Part shown: positions 18,250 to 27,658 of the stretch, piece by piece
Position numbering within the stretch: position 1 is the first letter of the stretch
Layout of the letters: every line of letters begins with the position of its first letter
Program-made: the position numbers and the translations under genes
Notes under the pieces: generated by a model
Told to the model about the DNA's origin: nothing
The model's input: only the letters and a program-made list of their open reading frames with translations
Databases searched by the model: none
Assembly (NCBI GenBank): GCA_942493095.1
Contig: OW818675.1
Coordinates: 210,001 to 242,000 of the forward strand
DNA length: 32,000 bases
Direction of reading: 5' to 3'
Origin: Candidatus Electronema halotolerans
GTDB taxonomy: Bacteria; Desulfobacterota; Desulfobulbia; Desulfobulbales; Desulfobulbaceae

Positions 18250-19389
18250 ATGGCGCATGTTGCAATAATAGGCAACGAAGCCAGTTCATTGCTCAACTTT
18301 CGCGGTGATCTCATTCGTGCTGTTGTTTCATCTGGCTACAGAATCACAGCCATGTCCGATCCAGCCAGCACCGAGCAAATTCAAAAAATTGAAGCATTAG
18401 GTGCGCAATTTCGTTCATATCCGGTGCAGCGCAATGGGTTGAACCCGCTGCGTGATCTCCAGACTTTTCTTGCTCTGCGCAAATCGTTGAATGAGCTGAA
18501 GCCTGATGTTGTGCTGGCTTACACAATCAAGCCTGTGATTTGGAGCGGGATTGCCGCATATTTGACGAATGTGCCAAAATTTTATGCTTTAATTGAAGGG
18601 CTTGGCTATGCGTTTCAGAATGGGGCGTTGAGCAGAAAATTGACAGGCATATTGGCTGCAATCCTATACCACATTTCCTTACGGAAAGCAGACAAAGTAA
18701 TTTTTCTTAATCAAGACAATAAAAAATTTTTTCTAAAAAATAATATTATTCCATCTAAGAAAGCTGTATTGATAGATGGAATCGGACTTGATCTGAATAG
18801 GTATACGCAACATCCCTTCACTGAAGGTCATCCAGTTTTTCTCTGTATCGCCCGCTTGCTCGGTGAAAAAGGTTTGCGTGAGTACGCGCAAGCAGCTCAA
18901 ATTGTAAAACAGCATTATCCTAAAGCGATATTCCGTCTTCTTGGTGCTCCAGATCCCTCTCCAGACGGTATTCCGCTTACTGAAATACAGGAATGGCAAG
19001 GTAAGGGACTTGTAGAATATTCAGGTGTGACCAACGATGTTCGACCGTATCTTTCTGATAGCCATATTTTTGTTTTACCTTCATTCTATGGAGAAGGACT
19101 GCCAAGAAGCATTCTTGAGGCTATGGCTATTGGAAGGCCGATTTTGACGACTGATAATGTTGGTTGCAAAGAAACAGTCGTTCAAGGTGAAAACGGTTTT
19201 TTGGTGCCAGTCCGGGATGCGGAGGCGTTGGCAGAGCGCATGATCTGGTTCATTGAACATCGTGATCAATGGCAGCGCATGGGGCAGGCAAGCCGCAGGA
19301 TGGCTGAAGAGCGTTTTGATGTGCATACAATCAACGCTCAATTGCTGTCGATTTTGTTCGGTCAGGATTCTAAACAGGCGCAGTCATGA
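18250..19389 (+). CDS. Glycosyltransferase family 4
   Basis: VLAYTIKPVIWSGIAAYLTNVPKFYALIEGLGYAFQ...HIFVLPSFYGEGLPRSILEAMAIGRPILTTDNVGCKETVVQGENGFLVPVRDAEAL. Confidence 0.92.
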   Translation: MAHVAIIGNEASSLLNFRGDLIRAVVSSGYRITAMSDPASTEQIQKIEALGAQFRSYPVQRNGLNPLRDLQTFLALRKSLNELKPDVVLAYTIKPVIWSGIAAYLTNVPKFYALIEGLGYAFQNGALSRKLTGILAAILYHISLRKADKVIFLNQDNKKFFLKNNIIPSKKAVLIDGIGLDLNRYTQHPFTEGHPVFLCIARLLGEKGLREYAQAAQIVKQHYPKAIFRLLGAPDPSPDGIPLTEIQEWQGKGLVEYSGVTNDVRPYLSDSHIFVLPSFYGEGLPRSILEAMAIGRPILTTDNVGCKETVVQGENGFLVPVRDAEALAERMIWFIEHRDQWQRMGQASRRMAEERFDVHTINAQLLSILFGQDSKQAQS

Positions 19390-19856
19390 TTTTGGTCACA
19401 GGTGCAACAGGATTTATTGGCAATGCTCTATCCTGTCACTTTACCAGACAAGGCCGTACTGTCACAGCTACTGTCCGCTGTCCTTCTGACACATTGCCGA
19501 TAGCTATCCGGCAACTTCCTGTCGGAAATATACTTCCTGACACCGACTGGACACACGCTTTCACCAATGTAGATACAGTCATTCATTTGGCCGCACGTGC
19601 GCATATCATGCGTGACACCGCTATGGACCAACTTGCAGAATTCCGATTGGTGAACACCGCTGGCACTCTTAATCTTGCCCGCCAAGCTGCTGCTTCAGGA
19701 ATAATGCGTTTTATTTTCATCAGTTCCATAGGTGTAAACGGTAATCAAACGTCAAATATCCCCTTCACTACTGAAGATACACCAAATCCAGTTGAACCAT
19801 ACGCAATTTCCAAACATGAAGCCGAAATTGGCCTGCGGCATCCACCCTTGATTTAA
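19386..19856 (+). pseudogene. Truncated NAD-dependent epimerase/dehydratase (N-terminal half only)
   Basis: MILVTGATGFIGNALSCHFTRQGR...VIHLAARAHIMRD...FIFISSIGVNG...PYAISKHEAEIGLRHPPLI*. The Rossmann part and YxxxK are present, but the ~150-residue C-terminal domain is absent before the next gene. Confidence 0.75.
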
Positions 19857-19943
19857 ATTTAACTGCATCTACTTGGAATTCTATTCAAGAAATGGATGCA
19901 ACAATGCTTATTTGACATTGTCAATACAATATACAGAAAATAA

Positions 19944-20963
19944 ATGAGTAACTTTGTCCTAATATGGCTATTTAGTTTATCAGTCTCTTTCATTATTACT
20001 ATATTTGGAACATTTTGTTATAGATCCTTTGCAAATCGTAAAGAGATTCTTGCAAATCCGAATTTTCGTACTCTGCATGAACAGCCTGTTCCAAGAGGTG
20101 GGGGGGTCGTGTTCTCACTGGTATTTGTATTTGCTATTTTTTTTCTTCAGTTATTGAATGATACTGATACTGATTTGATATTGAGTCTATGTCTGGGCGG
20201 GGGGATAGCAACGTTGTCTGGATTCATAGATGATGTTATGGAAATTGATGCAATATTGAAACTAATTATACAAATTTTTCTGGCGGGTTGGATTGTATTT
20301 TGTTTTGATGGCGGACCATTGACTTGTATAGGCTGGATACCAGATTGGTTTGCTTGGATGCTGACTTGCTTTCTTTTGATTTGGCTGATTAATCTTTATA
20401 ATTTCATGGATGGTATTGACGGAATGGCAGCCTCTGGAGCTGTGTTTATAGCCGGGGTGATATCTGTCCTATTATTTATCAAGGGTGATGCTGATATGGC
20501 TTTCATGTTACTACTTTTGTCTGTCATTTGCATTGGTTTTCTTGTGTTTAATTGGCCACCGGCAAGCCTTTTTATGGGTGACTCCGGCAGTGTTTTTCTT
20601 GGTTATTGTTTCGGTGTCTTCATTATGAAGACAGTTATGGAGGATAATGTAAGTTTTTGGACATGGCTCGTTGTTTTTGGTTATTTTGTTGGGGATACCA
20701 CTACAACTACGCTCATGCGGATTGTATTTGTAAAAAAATGGTACGGTGCTCATAGAAGCCATGCTTATCAAAATTGCGCACGAATTTTCGGAAGTCACAA
20801 AAAAGTTACCAAAATGGTTGTTGCTTATCAGCTTGTATGGCTTTTTCCTTTGGCAATCTGGTCAATTTGTCAACCAGATTTGGCACCAGTCGCTGTAGTC
20901 TTAGCCCTGACACCAACAGTTCTATGGACGTTACGGAATGGACCGGCACTTTCTTCTTCTTGA
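19944..20963 (+). CDS. Polyprenyl-phosphate sugar-1-phosphate transferase (WbpL/WecA/MraY superfamily)
   Basis: FRTLHEQPVPRGGGVVFSLV...LSGFIDDVMEIDAILKLIIQI...NLYNFMDGIDGMAASGA...MGDSGSVFLGYCFG...KKWYGAHRSHAYQ. Confidence 0.92.
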   Translation: MSNFVLIWLFSLSVSFIITIFGTFCYRSFANRKEILANPNFRTLHEQPVPRGGGVVFSLVFVFAIFFLQLLNDTDTDLILSLCLGGGIATLSGFIDDVMEIDAILKLIIQIFLAGWIVFCFDGGPLTCIGWIPDWFAWMLTCFLLIWLINLYNFMDGIDGMAASGAVFIAGVISVLLFIKGDADMAFMLLLLSVICIGFLVFNWPPASLFMGDSGSVFLGYCFGVFIMKTVMEDNVSFWTWLVVFGYFVGDTTTTTLMRIVFVKKWYGAHRSHAYQNCARIFGSHKKVTKMVVAYQLVWLFPLAIWSICQPDLAPVAVVLALTPTVLWTLRNGPALSSS

Positions 20964-20981
20964 ATAAATCGAAAGTAAATT

Positions 20982-22235
20982 ATGTCAATAAATAATAGCG
21001 ATTTGATAATTATTTTTGCTCCTGCTGGAGTGGATACCAAGCTGCTCACATCGGACCTTGCTGGTCGTCCATTAATTGACTATCTGATTGAAAATGTAGC
21101 TGTATTGGGCATTAGAGTCAAATTGATTGTATTAAATAATTATGATGAATTATATGCCTTGCTGGTCAATAGGGATGATATAGATTTGAAAGTCTGGCAG
21201 TCTGGTGTTTCTCTGGATGAACTTCTTGATTATCCATTACGAGAAGGAGTTTTGCTGCTTCTTGATGTTAGAACGTTTATGTTTTCTTCTTTGACAATAG
21301 AGAGGCTGTTGGAAAAAAAACGAGAAAAATTAAATTCTCTGAAGATTATTGAAGGCAAATATGTCGATACTTATACTATAGCACAGGCTATTTCTGGAGA
21401 AAAAGATTGGTCGGATATATTAACCTTTAGATTTGATTCTCAACAATCTAACTTAAATGAATTACTGTGTCTGTTTTTGACGACTCAATCAGATGTTATC
21501 TGCACAAAAGATATAGACGAATTTAAACCTCCTGTTATGATTCGTGATTTTGTCGAATTGGCACAGGTGGAGCGACAAGTCCTTAATCAACGCGCTATTG
21601 ATCTCATGAAGCAGGGAGTTCGTATTCGCAATCCTGAAACCGTAGAAATACGTGGTGAATTACTCTGCGGCAGAGAGGTGGAAATTGATGTCAATGTGAT
21701 TATTAAGGGAAAGGTGAGTCTTGCAGATGGTGTAAAAGTTGGTTCTAATAGCATATTAATTCGATCAGAAATTGGAGAACGGACAGAAATCAAACCCTAC
21801 TCTATAGTGGAAGATGCAGTCGTAGGTGCTGACAGTTTTGTAGGACCCTACGGCAGGGTACGCCCAGGAAGTACTTTGGGGGATCGGGTACAGCTTGGTA
21901 ATTTTGTTGAAATAAAGAGTTCCTATATTGCGTCTGGGTGCCGTATTAATCATCTTAGTTTTATCGGAGATGCAGACTTGGCAGAAAACGTTACTGTCGG
22001 CGCAGGCACGATCACCTGTAACTATGACGGCATCGGAGTCAATCATACTGTTGTTGAAGAAGGTGTTACTATAGGTTCTGGCTGCAACTTGGTGGCACCG
22101 ATAGAGATCGGCTCAAATGCAACAATCGGGGCTGGTTCTACGATAACGTCAGATGTTCCGAAAAATAAGCTCACATTAGCTAGGTCACGACAAATAACTA
22201 AAGAGAAGTGGCAGGGACCAAAGACTAGGAGATGA
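20982..22235 (+). CDS. GlmU-like protein: degenerate nucleotidyltransferase domain plus left-handed beta-helix acyltransferase domain
   Basis: C-terminal GPYGRVRPGSTLGDRVQLGNFVEIKSSYIASGCRINHLSFIGDADLAENVTVGAGTITCNYDGIGVNHTVVEEGVTIGSGCNLVAPIEI closely parallels the GlmU acetyltransferase domain. The N-terminal half lacks the GxGTRM pyrophosphorylase signature. Confidence 0.85.
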   Translation: MSINNSDLIIIFAPAGVDTKLLTSDLAGRPLIDYLIENVAVLGIRVKLIVLNNYDELYALLVNRDDIDLKVWQSGVSLDELLDYPLREGVLLLLDVRTFMFSSLTIERLLEKKREKLNSLKIIEGKYVDTYTIAQAISGEKDWSDILTFRFDSQQSNLNELLCLFLTTQSDVICTKDIDEFKPPVMIRDFVELAQVERQVLNQRAIDLMKQGVRIRNPETVEIRGELLCGREVEIDVNVIIKGKVSLADGVKVGSNSILIRSEIGERTEIKPYSIVEDAVVGADSFVGPYGRVRPGSTLGDRVQLGNFVEIKSSYIASGCRINHLSFIGDADLAENVTVGAGTITCNYDGIGVNHTVVEEGVTIGSGCNLVAPIEIGSNATIGAGSTITSDVPKNKLTLARSRQITKEKWQGPKTRR

Positions 22236-23209
22236 GATTGACACATATCACTGTATGGGGTCTTGGACCGCATGCCATCAAAAATATTCTGCCCGCATTG
22301 GCATCAATAGACGAATTAACCCTATATGGCGTATGTTCCAGAAATAAGGATACGGTTGTTCACGCTACGGAACAGTGGAATTGCAAGGCTTGGACGAACC
22401 CCGATGAAATGCTCGCAGATCAAAAGGTTGATGTTGTGTATCTTGCTACACCCATCGGACTACATGCTGTACAGGGGATGCAGGTGCTCAATGCGGAAAA
22501 GCATCTATGGTGTGAAAAGCCGTTAACCTGTGACATAGCCGATACCCGTCAGCTTGTACATCTTTCTGAAGAGAAAAAATTGACTCTTACAGAAGGGTTT
22601 ATGTATCTTTATCATCCTCAGTTTACCTATCTACAGCAATGTATAACTGAGCAGCATCTGGGTGCTGTAAAATCCGTCACCTGCCGTTTCGGTCTCCCGT
22701 TTTTGGACAATCCGGGATTTCGTTACAGCCGGTCCCTAGGAGGAGGAGCCTTGTTTGATGTGGGGAGTTATACGATTTCCATGCTGCTTGCTCTATTTCC
22801 CGACCAATCTCCTGTTGTATGTTATGCAGATATATACGGTAATGATGCGTATGAAATTGACCTTGAGGGATCTGCGAAACTTTGCTTTTCTGGCGGCATT
22901 GCCGCTTATCTTGAATGGGGAATAGGCCGAGGATATAGAAATGAAATTGATATTTGGTGTGAGAAAGGATCGTTGTTTACCGATAGAATTTTTTCAAAAC
23001 CAAGTGATTATGTTCCCGAATTCCGAATAAAAAATCTTAATGGAGTAGAATCTGTTGAACAGGGCGTTCCGGCAAATCATTTTATTTATATGTTTAAGCA
23101 TTTCAGCAAGATAATAGTTAGTGACACCCTTGTACGGAATGAAAGACAGCGAATCCTTCAGCTAGCCTGTTATCTCGAAGAGATTAGGCATGCTGCCCAG
23201 AATATATAG
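22232..23209 (+). CDS. Gfo/Idh/MocA family oxidoreductase
   Basis: ITVWGLGPHAIKNILPAL...VVYLATPIGLHAVQGMQVLNAEKHLWCEKPLT...GGGALFDVGSYTISMLLALF. Confidence 0.9.
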   Translation: MRLTHITVWGLGPHAIKNILPALASIDELTLYGVCSRNKDTVVHATEQWNCKAWTNPDEMLADQKVDVVYLATPIGLHAVQGMQVLNAEKHLWCEKPLTCDIADTRQLVHLSEEKKLTLTEGFMYLYHPQFTYLQQCITEQHLGAVKSVTCRFGLPFLDNPGFRYSRSLGGGALFDVGSYTISMLLALFPDQSPVVCYADIYGNDAYEIDLEGSAKLCFSGGIAAYLEWGIGRGYRNEIDIWCEKGSLFTDRIFSKPSDYVPEFRIKNLNGVESVEQGVPANHFIYMFKHFSKIIVSDTLVRNERQRILQLACYLEEIRHAAQNI

Positions 23210-23251
23210 AAATTTCAACTTCAGCTCAATAACAGAACTCAGGAGGCGGTA

Positions 23252-23695
23252 ATGCAGGACTGGAAGAAAATCACGATTGACGATGCGTCAATGTGGCCCA
23301 AAGCGGGAATGGTTCAACTTCCCACAGCAAATGTTGATGATCGCGGCAGTATACAGGGATTGGTGAATTTTCCTATGAAAAACATTGCACTGATTACTTC
23401 AATGAAGGGTTCTGTACGTTCCAATCATTATCATGTTACTGACTGGCATTATATGTATATCTTATCAGGTTCCTTTGATTATTACTATCGGTCGACAGGC
23501 TCTGATGAAGAAATCAAAGTAATGACCGTCAGACAGGGTGAAATGATCTTTACGCCGCCAATGGAAGATCATGCCACAGTGTTTCTAGAAGATACGCAAC
23601 TGCTTGCGATGAGCAGAAATCCGCGTGATCAGGAAAGTTACGAGGAAGATGTGCGCCGTGTAATGCTGATTACCCCGGAGGATGTTACCGTATGA
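23252..23695 (+). CDS. Cupin-fold protein (WxcM/polysaccharide-associated type)
   Basis: DDRGSIQGLVNFPMKNIALITSMKGSVRSNHYHVTDWHYMYILSGSFDYYYR...VRQGEMIFTPPMEDHATVFLEDTQLLAMSRNPR. Confidence 0.82.
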   Translation: MQDWKKITIDDASMWPKAGMVQLPTANVDDRGSIQGLVNFPMKNIALITSMKGSVRSNHYHVTDWHYMYILSGSFDYYYRSTGSDEEIKVMTVRQGEMIFTPPMEDHATVFLEDTQLLAMSRNPRDQESYEEDVRRVMLITPEDVTV

Positions 23696-24945
23696 ACATG
23701 AAGAATTATTATTTGCGTACCACATGTCGTATGTGTGCCGAATCCGCCTTGAGAAAGGTGATGGAACTGACACCTACGCCGCCTGGGAATAATTTTTTGA
23801 CAAAAGAGGAGATCGGGCAGGAGGAACCTGTTTATCCTTTGGAACTGTATTTCTGTGAGCATTGCCATCATGTTCAGCTCGGACATGTGGTTGATCCAAA
23901 AGTGCTTTATCAGAAGAACTACTCCTATGTTTCTTCTACATCAGCTTATTTTGTCCGACATCTTCGGAACTATGCCGACGAAATGGTGAAACATTTCGAC
24001 TTGGAGCCGGGGATGCTTGTTGCGGATATCGGCTCTAATGACGGAACATGTCTGCAATTTTTCCAGAAAGCAGGCATGAAGGTTGTAGGGGTTGACCCAG
24101 CACTTGAAATTGCCGGGAGAGCTACAGAATCAGGTATAGAAACAGTAGGTGATTTTTTTTCCTGTGAACTTGCCAGAAGGTTAAGAGATAAATATGGGCC
24201 TGCGGGCTTTATTACCTCACATAATGCATGCGCCCATATTGACTGCTTGGACGATGTAGTGCAGGGGGTATTTCACTGGCTGGATAAGAATGGTGTATTT
24301 GTTCTTGAGGTCGGTTATCTGCTTGATGTGTATACGAACGTTTGGTTTGATACTGTTTACCATGAACATCTTGATTATCATTCTGTTGCGCCTTTTAAGC
24401 AGCTATTTGCCAGAAATGGGATGGAGCTTATTGCCGCACAACGGATCAGCCCTCAAGGCGGATCCATCAGGATTATGGCTCAGAAATCGGGAGGAAAGTA
24501 TTCCCGAGATGAATCAATCGACAAACTGATACAACAGGAACATGAGGCCGGATTGGATCGTCCTGAGACCTTTATAGAGTTTGACCGACGTATTAGAGCT
24601 GTCAGGGAACAGTTGCTGGCCTTAGTAAACGCATTAAGATTTGAGGATAAATCAATTGCAGGCTATGGAGCACCAACGAAGGCCACCACCCTGATGTCCC
24701 ATTTTAAACTCGGGTCGGAAGTGTTGGATTTCATTGTTGATGATAATCCTTTGAAGCAGGGGTTCTATACTCCGGTCACTCATATTCCTGTATTCTCCGC
24801 TGATGAAATATATACGCGAAGACCGGATTATGTATTAATTCTGGCTTGGAATTTTGCTGAACCGATCATGAAAATACATGAACGTTATGTGAAGGAAGGA
24901 GGTCGATTTATTCTGCCGATGCCTGTTCCCCGCATTGTCGAGTAG
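23692..24945 (+). CDS. Sugar C-methyltransferase (NovU/TylC3-type, zinc-binding N-terminal plus SAM MT plus C-terminal domain)
   Basis: CRMCAESALRKVMELTPTPPGNNFL...LYFCEHCHHVQLGHVVDPKVLYQ.NYSYVSSTS...VADIGSNDGTCLQFFQ...VGVDPALEIA...YHEHLDYHS...GYGAPTKATTLM. Confidence 0.9.
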   Translation: MNMKNYYLRTTCRMCAESALRKVMELTPTPPGNNFLTKEEIGQEEPVYPLELYFCEHCHHVQLGHVVDPKVLYQKNYSYVSSTSAYFVRHLRNYADEMVKHFDLEPGMLVADIGSNDGTCLQFFQKAGMKVVGVDPALEIAGRATESGIETVGDFFSCELARRLRDKYGPAGFITSHNACAHIDCLDDVVQGVFHWLDKNGVFVLEVGYLLDVYTNVWFDTVYHEHLDYHSVAPFKQLFARNGMELIAAQRISPQGGSIRIMAQKSGGKYSRDESIDKLIQQEHEAGLDRPETFIEFDRRIRAVREQLLALVNALRFEDKSIAGYGAPTKATTLMSHFKLGSEVLDFIVDDNPLKQGFYTPVTHIPVFSADEIYTRRPDYVLILAWNFAEPIMKIHERYVKEGGRFILPMPVPRIVE

Positions 24946-24986
24946 CTCTACAGAAGAACGCATATGTTCCTTTACGGAGAAAAGTT

Positions 24987-25655
24987 ATGAATAAACGAGT
25001 ACTGGTCGTGGCACCGCATCCTGATGATGAAACATTGGGTGTCGGCGGCACTATTGCTAAATACGTAGCTCAAGGATCCCAGGTCACGATATTGACCGTA
25101 TCAGGACATCTCCCGCCCCTCTACCATTCTGACGATTACGAGAGAACTGAACTGGAGGCAAAAAGAGCCTTTGAAATCCTCGGAGTAGAGAACTTCAGTT
25201 TCCTAAAAATTCCCGCAACAATGATAGGCGATCAGCCTATTCATGAGATAAACGGCAAAATAACAGCTGCTGTTCAGGAAGCAGATCCGCATATCGTCCT
25301 CTGTCCTTATCCTGATCGTCATATAGATCATCGTTTGGTATTCGAAAGTGTTATGGTTGCGACAAGGCCAGTTGGTTACGGGAAAAAGATTGAACTGATT
25401 GCTGCGTATGAGACATTGTCGGAGACGCATTGGAATGCTCCGCACATTGAGCCTAATTTTACACCGAACTTGGTGGTCGATATCACAGAGTATATGAGAA
25501 TGAAACTGAAGGCATTGGAATGTTACGTTTCACAGATTTCGCCTTTTCCAGGGACAAGATCTATAGAGGCCATAGAAGCATTGGCAAAATTTCGAGGAAC
25601 ACAGGCAGGATTTGCGTTTGGAGAAGGTTTTCACGTGATTCGTATGATTGGTTGA
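24987..25655 (+). CDS. PIG-L family deacetylase
   Basis: VLVVAPHPDDETLGVGGTIAKYVAQGSQVTILTVSG...LCPYPDRHIDHRLVFESVM (AHPDDE and HxDH motifs). Confidence 0.92.
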   Translation: MNKRVLVVAPHPDDETLGVGGTIAKYVAQGSQVTILTVSGHLPPLYHSDDYERTELEAKRAFEILGVENFSFLKIPATMIGDQPIHEINGKITAAVQEADPHIVLCPYPDRHIDHRLVFESVMVATRPVGYGKKIELIAAYETLSETHWNAPHIEPNFTPNLVVDITEYMRMKLKALECYVSQISPFPGTRSIEAIEALAKFRGTQAGFAFGEGFHVIRMIG

Positions 25656-25719
25656 ATTGACTCGTGAAGTCAGGTTGCATTTACAACTTGACTCCAATCG
25701 CAACTTCAACAAACATCCC

Positions 25720-27582
25720 ATGAAATTCAGCCGACGGCAGCGCAAACCTATCTCTCGCATCACTGCCATCATCCTGCACGACATCGCCGCTGCTTTTTTT
25801 GCATGGCTGGGTGCCTACTGGCTGCGTTTAAACCTGTCCCTGCCGCCCCAATATCTTGGCGATGCGCTCACCACCCTGACTTGGGTGCTGCCTCTGCAAA
25901 CAGCAGTTTTTTTCCGTTTCGGTCTCTACAAAGGTGTCTGGCGTTTCGCCAGTTTGCCTGATCTGAAACGGATTTCCTCGGCTGTCTTGTTGACGGCATT
26001 GCTTATCCCGATTTTTCTCTATCTGTTCAGAATAAATGCAGTTGTTCCTCGCGCAGTGTTGCTGTTAGACCCGCTTCTCCTGATTATTATCATGGGCGGC
26101 AGCCGCTTGTCGTATCGAGTATGGAAGGAGCAGCAGCTAACCAGCGCATTCCGGCCTGAAAGCAAGCCGGTCTTGGTGGCTGGTTCCGGCGAAACAGCAG
26201 ATTATCTGCTCCGTGAATTGTCCCATCATCCAACCGGCTTTCATGCTGTGGGCCTGCTGGATGACAGCCCGGATAAGCAGGGGCGGCAGGTTCTGGGTGT
26301 GCCGGTGCTGGGCAAAATGAACGAGACCGTGCTGTGGGCGGAAAAAATGGGTGTTGACGATATCGTACTGGCTCTGCCCAGAGTTGAGCACAGTGTGCGC
26401 CGCCGCATAACCCAAGCCTGCGCTGAGGCCGGATTGAATGTCCTGACCGTGCCGCCGCTGGAAGATTTGGTTGCAGGCCGGGTGACAGTTTCCAATCTGC
26501 GTCGGATTGAATTAGACGATCTGCTGGGCCGTGATCCCGTGCAATTGGACAACAGCGGCCTGAGTAATCTTTTGACTGAAAAAACCGTTCTGGTGACTGG
26601 CGCGGGCGGCTCCATCGGCTCAGAGCTGTGTCGGCAGATTGCCCGCTTTACTCCGAGCAAGTTGGTGCTGGTTGAGCAGTCGGAATTAGCTCTATATGCA
26701 ATGGAGCAGGAATTGCCGCAGCATTTTCCTGAACTGCGGATTGCGCCGGTGATCGGCGATGTGAAAAATGCGGCCCGGATGAATCAGATCATGGCGGAAC
26801 ATCGTCCGGCAGTTATTTTTCATGCTGCCGCGTACAAGCATGTGCCGCTGATGGAGAACAGCAATGCGTGGGAGGCGGTGCGCAACAACGTGCTTGGCAC
26901 ACAGACGACAGCGGCGGCGGCCAAGGCGCATGGCACAGGCAAGTTTGTCATGATTTCCACAGACAAGGCGGTTAATCCGACCAATGTCATGGGCGCGACC
27001 AAGCGGCTGGCTGAGATGGTTTGCCAAGCCTTGCAGGAGGAGGGCGGCACCCAGTTCATCTCTGTCCGCTTTGGCAATGTTCTCGGCTCCTCTGGCAGCG
27101 TGATTCCCAAGTTCCAGAAGCAGTTGGAAGCAGGCGGGCCGCTGACCGTGACTCATCCTGAAATCACCCGTTATTTCATGTCCATCCCAGAGGCAGCCCA
27201 GCTCGTCCTGCAAGCCGGTCTGATGGGCCAAGGCGGGGAAATTTTTGTCCTTGATATGGGCGAGCCAATCAAAATCGCTGAATTGGCAAAACTGATGATC
27301 ACCCTGTCCGGCGAGGATGAAGAAAGCATCCGTATCGAATACACTGGCCTGCGTCCAGGTGAAAAGTTGTACGAGGAGTTGCTGGCTGATGACGAATCCA
27401 CCCTGCCCACGCCGCACCCCAAGCTGCGGGTGGCTAAGGCACGCCCTGCTGACATGAGCTGGCACACTGAGTGCCTGACATGGATGACCTTGCCCGGCCT
27501 GCACGATGAAATGGAAATAAAACGCCAACTCAAAATCTGGGTGCCGGAATATCAGCCGGATTTGAATGGTTCCGCAGGCTGA
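25720..27582 (+). CDS. Membrane-anchored nucleoside-diphosphate-sugar dehydratase (FlaA1/WbpM/CapD family)
   Basis: TM-rich N-terminus, then KTVLVTGAGGSIGSELCRQIARF...IFHAAAYKHVPLMENS...MISTDKAVNPTNVMGATKRLAEM...RFGNVLGSSGSVIPKFQKQ...GLRPGEKLYEELL. ORF extends to TTG 25648; ATG 25720 is more likely. Confidence 0.95.
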   Translation: MKFSRRQRKPISRITAIILHDIAAAFFAWLGAYWLRLNLSLPPQYLGDALTTLTWVLPLQTAVFFRFGLYKGVWRFASLPDLKRISSAVLLTALLIPIFLYLFRINAVVPRAVLLLDPLLLIIIMGGSRLSYRVWKEQQLTSAFRPESKPVLVAGSGETADYLLRELSHHPTGFHAVGLLDDSPDKQGRQVLGVPVLGKMNETVLWAEKMGVDDIVLALPRVEHSVRRRITQACAEAGLNVLTVPPLEDLVAGRVTVSNLRRIELDDLLGRDPVQLDNSGLSNLLTEKTVLVTGAGGSIGSELCRQIARFTPSKLVLVEQSELALYAMEQELPQHFPELRIAPVIGDVKNAARMNQIMAEHRPAVIFHAAAYKHVPLMENSNAWEAVRNNVLGTQTTAAAAKAHGTGKFVMISTDKAVNPTNVMGATKRLAEMVCQALQEEGGTQFISVRFGNVLGSSGSVIPKFQKQLEAGGPLTVTHPEITRYFMSIPEAAQLVLQAGLMGQGGEIFVLDMGEPIKIAELAKLMITLSGEDEESIRIEYTGLRPGEKLYEELLADDESTLPTPHPKLRVAKARPADMSWHTECLTWMTLPGLHDEMEIKRQLKIWVPEYQPDLNGSAG

Positions 27583-27658
27583 TGAGGCGGTCTCAAAGCG
27601 GTTGAGCGGAGTCAAAACCGCCGACCTTCCTCTTTGCTCAGGCAGCTAATTTTTGCTG

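Noticed and set aside
26692-27615. 307-aa minus strand ORF
   Set aside because: Fully antisense to the FlaA1/WbpM-type dehydratase, whose motifs are unambiguous.
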